DNA of 64,000 bases from assembly GCA_965207735.1 (NCBI GenBank), contig OZ242296.1:3872001-3936000 (forward strand). Reading direction: 5' to 3'. Below, piece by piece: positions 61,589-64,000 of this stretch (position 1 is its first letter; every line of letters begins with the position of its first letter). Position numbers and translations under genes: made by a program. This DNA comes from Candidatus Versatilivorator sp. Its GTDB lineage: Bacteria > Acidobacteriota > Terriglobia > Versatilivoradales > Versatilivoraceae. Below the pieces are notes generated by a model. That model made no database searches. It worked only from the letters and a program-made list of their open reading frames with translations, and was not told the origin of the DNA.

Positions 61589-61627
61589 TTGACATGTGGA
61601 GAACATGTAAGTAGGTTTTTCACATGT
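61589..61627 (+). promoter_or_regulatory. sigma70-type promoter, probably leaderless, with three ACATGT palindromes
   Basis: TTGACA-17-TAGGTT with ATG 6 nt downstream; ACATGT at 61592, 61603, 61622. Confidence 0.65.
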
Positions 61628-61854
61628 CCAAGATGATTCAGTTGCGGAATGTCCCCGATGACCTTCACCGGGTTCTCAAGTCCCGGGCTGCGTTGGCCGG
61701 AAAATCTCTGTCGGACTATCTGATTGCGGAGATTCGGCGTCATGCCGAACGCCCAACCATGGAGGAACTTCGTCGACGGCTCCTGGCTCGAACCCGGGTA
61801 CATCCAACTGTGCGGCCGGCCCAAATGATCCGGGAAGAACGGGACAGGCGGTGA
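61624..61854 (+). CDS. FitA/VapB-like ribbon-helix-helix antitoxin
   Basis: IQLRNVPDDLHRVLKSRAALAGKSLSDYL. Confidence 0.88.
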   Translation: MSKMIQLRNVPDDLHRVLKSRAALAGKSLSDYLIAEIRRHAERPTMEELRRRLLARTRVHPTVRPAQMIREERDRR

Positions 61855-62258
61855 TCGTTGCAGACGCTTCGGCCGTCCTTGAGCTGCTCTTGGGAACAAC
61901 TGCCGCGTTGGATATTCAGAGGCGGCTTCTCGATGGCGAAGAGTCTCTGCATGCGCCCCATCTGATTGATCTCGAGATAGCTCAGGTCCTGCAGCGGTAC
62001 GTACTGATTGGGGAACTGACGTCGCAACGAGGGAAGCAGGCGCTAACCGACTTGGCGGATCTTCCGATTATTCGCTACCCGCATGACTTGTTTCTCTCGC
62101 GCATTTGGGCACTTCGTCACAACGTCACCGCCTACGATGCAGCCTACCTGGCTCTCGCAGAATCGCTTCCGGCGCCATTGATCACCTGTGACGCCCGATT
62201 GGCCGCCACACACGGTCATCGGGCGACCGTTGAGCTCGTCCGGACCGGTCGCGCTTGA
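61851..62258 (+). CDS. vapC: VapC PIN-domain toxin
   Basis: IVADASA, HAPHLIDLE, YDAAYLALAE, TCDARL; GTGA overlap with the antitoxin. Confidence 0.92.
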   Translation: MIVADASAVLELLLGTTAALDIQRRLLDGEESLHAPHLIDLEIAQVLQRYVLIGELTSQRGKQALTDLADLPIIRYPHDLFLSRIWALRHNVTAYDAAYLALAESLPAPLITCDARLAATHGHRATVELVRTGRA

Positions 62259-62282
62259 GCATTCACCACTCAACCTCACGGA

Positions 62283-62320
62283 TGGTGTGTTGTCATATTG
62301 GTGTATTGATGCTATGGTGT
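62283..62320 (+). promoter_or_regulatory. promoter with three TGGTGT direct repeats (16-bp period)
   Basis: TTGTCA-17-TATGGT; TGGTGT at 62283, 62299, 62315. Confidence 0.6.
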
Positions 62321-62347
62321 GTCAGTTACTGAATCGGAGTCCCTACC

Positions 62348-62593
62348 ATGCCTCGCTTGACCATTAGTCTGCCTGACCGGACACATCGGGCACTGAAGGA
62401 AACTGCGGCCCGACAGAATCGTTCCATGGGTTCAATCATCGAGGAGAGCCTGGAATTGAGAGGTGTACGGCCCTACGACACTGCCAGGGAGATCGTTGCC
62501 AGGGCGCGAGCGAAGTCCGGATTGAGCGCTGACGAGGCAATGGTCCTGGCAGTTGAGGAAACGAGAAGATTTCGCGACGAACCATCGGGCTGA
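62348..62593 (+). CDS. CopG/RHH putative antitoxin
   Basis: RLTISLPDRTHRALKE; AMVLAVEETR C-terminus. Confidence 0.85.
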   Translation: MPRLTISLPDRTHRALKETAARQNRSMGSIIEESLELRGVRPYDTAREIVARARAKSGLSADEAMVLAVEETRRFRDEPSG

Positions 62594-62635
62594 TCGGCGC
62601 CAACCGCCAGATCGTGGAGGTGTGGAAGAGAGCCG

Positions 62636-63073
62636 ATGACGCTCCAGCCTTGTATTGTGGATACCAACGTCATCGTCTCGGGCGTGATCGGTGCAGACCC
62701 GCAGAGCCCCCCTGCTCTGATCCTGGAGGCCATGCTTGATGGCACGCTCCTCTATCTGATGTCAGACGCCCTTCTCAACGAGTATTCGTCAGTGTTGCGG
62801 CGCCCGGGTCTCGTCCGACTGCACGGACTGACAGACGACGAAATCGACCGACTCCTTGCCGACCTGGTCGCCAACGCCGTGTGGCGCGAGCCTGTCGCCG
62901 GCGGCAATGCGCCCAGCGCGGGGGACGTCCACCTGTGGGCGTTGCTCGCGACCCATCCGCAGACACAACTGGTCACGGGTGACCGGCTTCTTGTCGAGAA
63001 CCCTCCAACCGGTTCTTCTTTGATCTCCCCCCGCCATTTCGTGGATACGGGTTTTTCCCCGAAGACTACCTGA
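62636..63073 (+). CDS. PIN-family putative toxin
   Basis: IVDTNVIVSG, EY..VLRR, LVTGDRLL. Confidence 0.88.
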   Translation: MTLQPCIVDTNVIVSGVIGADPQSPPALILEAMLDGTLLYLMSDALLNEYSSVLRRPGLVRLHGLTDDEIDRLLADLVANAVWREPVAGGNAPSAGDVHLWALLATHPQTQLVTGDRLLVENPPTGSSLISPRHFVDTGFSPKTT

Positions 63074-63308
63074 ATGGATCGCGACAGATAGATTACTTGG
63101 CAAAGTGCATTGTGGCCTCGTTGTGGGTTGGCACACAACGTAGCGAATGCGCGTCTTGTCTTTAGAATTCGTCACAGGTCATTGTGAACCGATACCCTGG
63201 GATTCCCAATTTTCCTGCAAAGGTCACCGGTCGCTTCGGGCCATGAGGGAAACTGAAATGCAAACCCTTGTTCGTCGAGGATAGCAGGGATAACTCGCGG
63301 GCTCTTCC

Positions 63309-64000
63309 TCAGTACTCCAACCTCGCCGGCGCTCCGCCGTTCTTGCTTGCCCGGATGTCGTAGCAGTTGAGCACGCCCTGGTTGCGGATGTAGAGTCTGC
63401 CGCCGCTCACCACCGGGTGGGCCCAACTGGGCCATCCCTGGTCGGCCACCTCGAAGCGGCCTTTCTCCCGGTACTCTTCGGTCGTAGCTTCGGCCAGGCC
63501 CACCACGTTCTTTTCGCTGAAGAGGTAGAGATGGCCGTCGGCATAGATGACCGATCCCTTGCCCACGCTGCGGTCCTTCCACATCACCTTGCCGGTCTCG
63601 AACTCCATGCAGGTGAGGATGGCGTTGGAGAACCCGTAGAGGTAGCCGTCGACCAGGACCACCCCGCCGTGGTGGTTCATCATTTCGCGGTTGAAGTAGA
63701 CCTCCTCGGCATCCATGGAGCCGTTGTCGGCCTTGAGCTGCAGCAAGGCGCAGCCGGTGCCGTAGGCGGAGCTGTAGAAAGCCCGGTCCCGGTATAGGAC
63801 CGGAGTGGTGACGTTGGCGGTCCGGTTGGCCACCGGCTCATAGCGCCACAACAGGTGCCCGTCATCGGCCCTCAGCCCCACGGCCGCGGCGGCGGTAAAG
63901 GCCAGCAGGGTGCGGATGCCCTGGACTTCAGCCACCACGCAGGAGGAGTAGCCGGCCCGGTCGCTGAGCTCCTTGCTGGTCCAAATGGTTTTTCCGGTAT
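63309..64000 (-). CDS. PQQ-binding-like beta-propeller protein, 5'-partial
   Basis: G.LLW repeats, YSS, WAHPVVSGGRLYIRN. Confidence 0.88.
   Translation of the reverse strand, partial: TGKTIWTSKELSDRAGYSSCVVAEVQGIRTLLAFTAAAAVGLRADDGHLLWRYEPVANRTANVTTPVLYRDRAFYSSAYGTGCALLQLKADNGSMDAEEVYFNREMMNHHGGVVLVDGYLYGFSNAILTCMEFETGKVMWKDRSVGKGSVIYADGHLYLFSEKNVVGLAEATTEEYREKGRFEVADQGWPSWAHPVVSGGRLYIRNQGVLNCYDIRASKNGGAPARLEY

Overview
GC-rich bacterial window; gene content and repeat style suggest Acidobacteria or a similar lineage (inference only). Bases 1-14.2 kb are a decayed integrative-island hotspot. It holds one P4-type tyrosine integrase, five integrase fragments, an IS1380 (TIRs plus CTAA duplication) with an ORF-less group II intron nested in its left end, low-GC cargo genes, and two ~330-bp TIR elements that bracket an Mrr-type nuclease gene like a composite transposon. 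Bases 14.5-27.2 kb contain two tandem Planctomycete-type modules (PPC-domain protein, DUF1549/DUF1553, DUF1501). The rest is mostly housekeeping (ispG, dus, pdhC, lpdA, purA, glgA, rsmA, trxB, lgt, ftsK, uppP, rnj), plus an IS110, an IS1634 and a toxin-antitoxin cluster. The most striking unexplained structure is intergenic. The IS110 sits inside a head-to-tail array of ~183-bp non-coding cassettes that share its ends, and the same cassettes recur at four other loci. Some cassettes carry miniature deletion derivatives of a GxxExxY-like nuclease gene bounded by periodic inverted repeats. All calls are by eye and from memory of the families; no searches were run.
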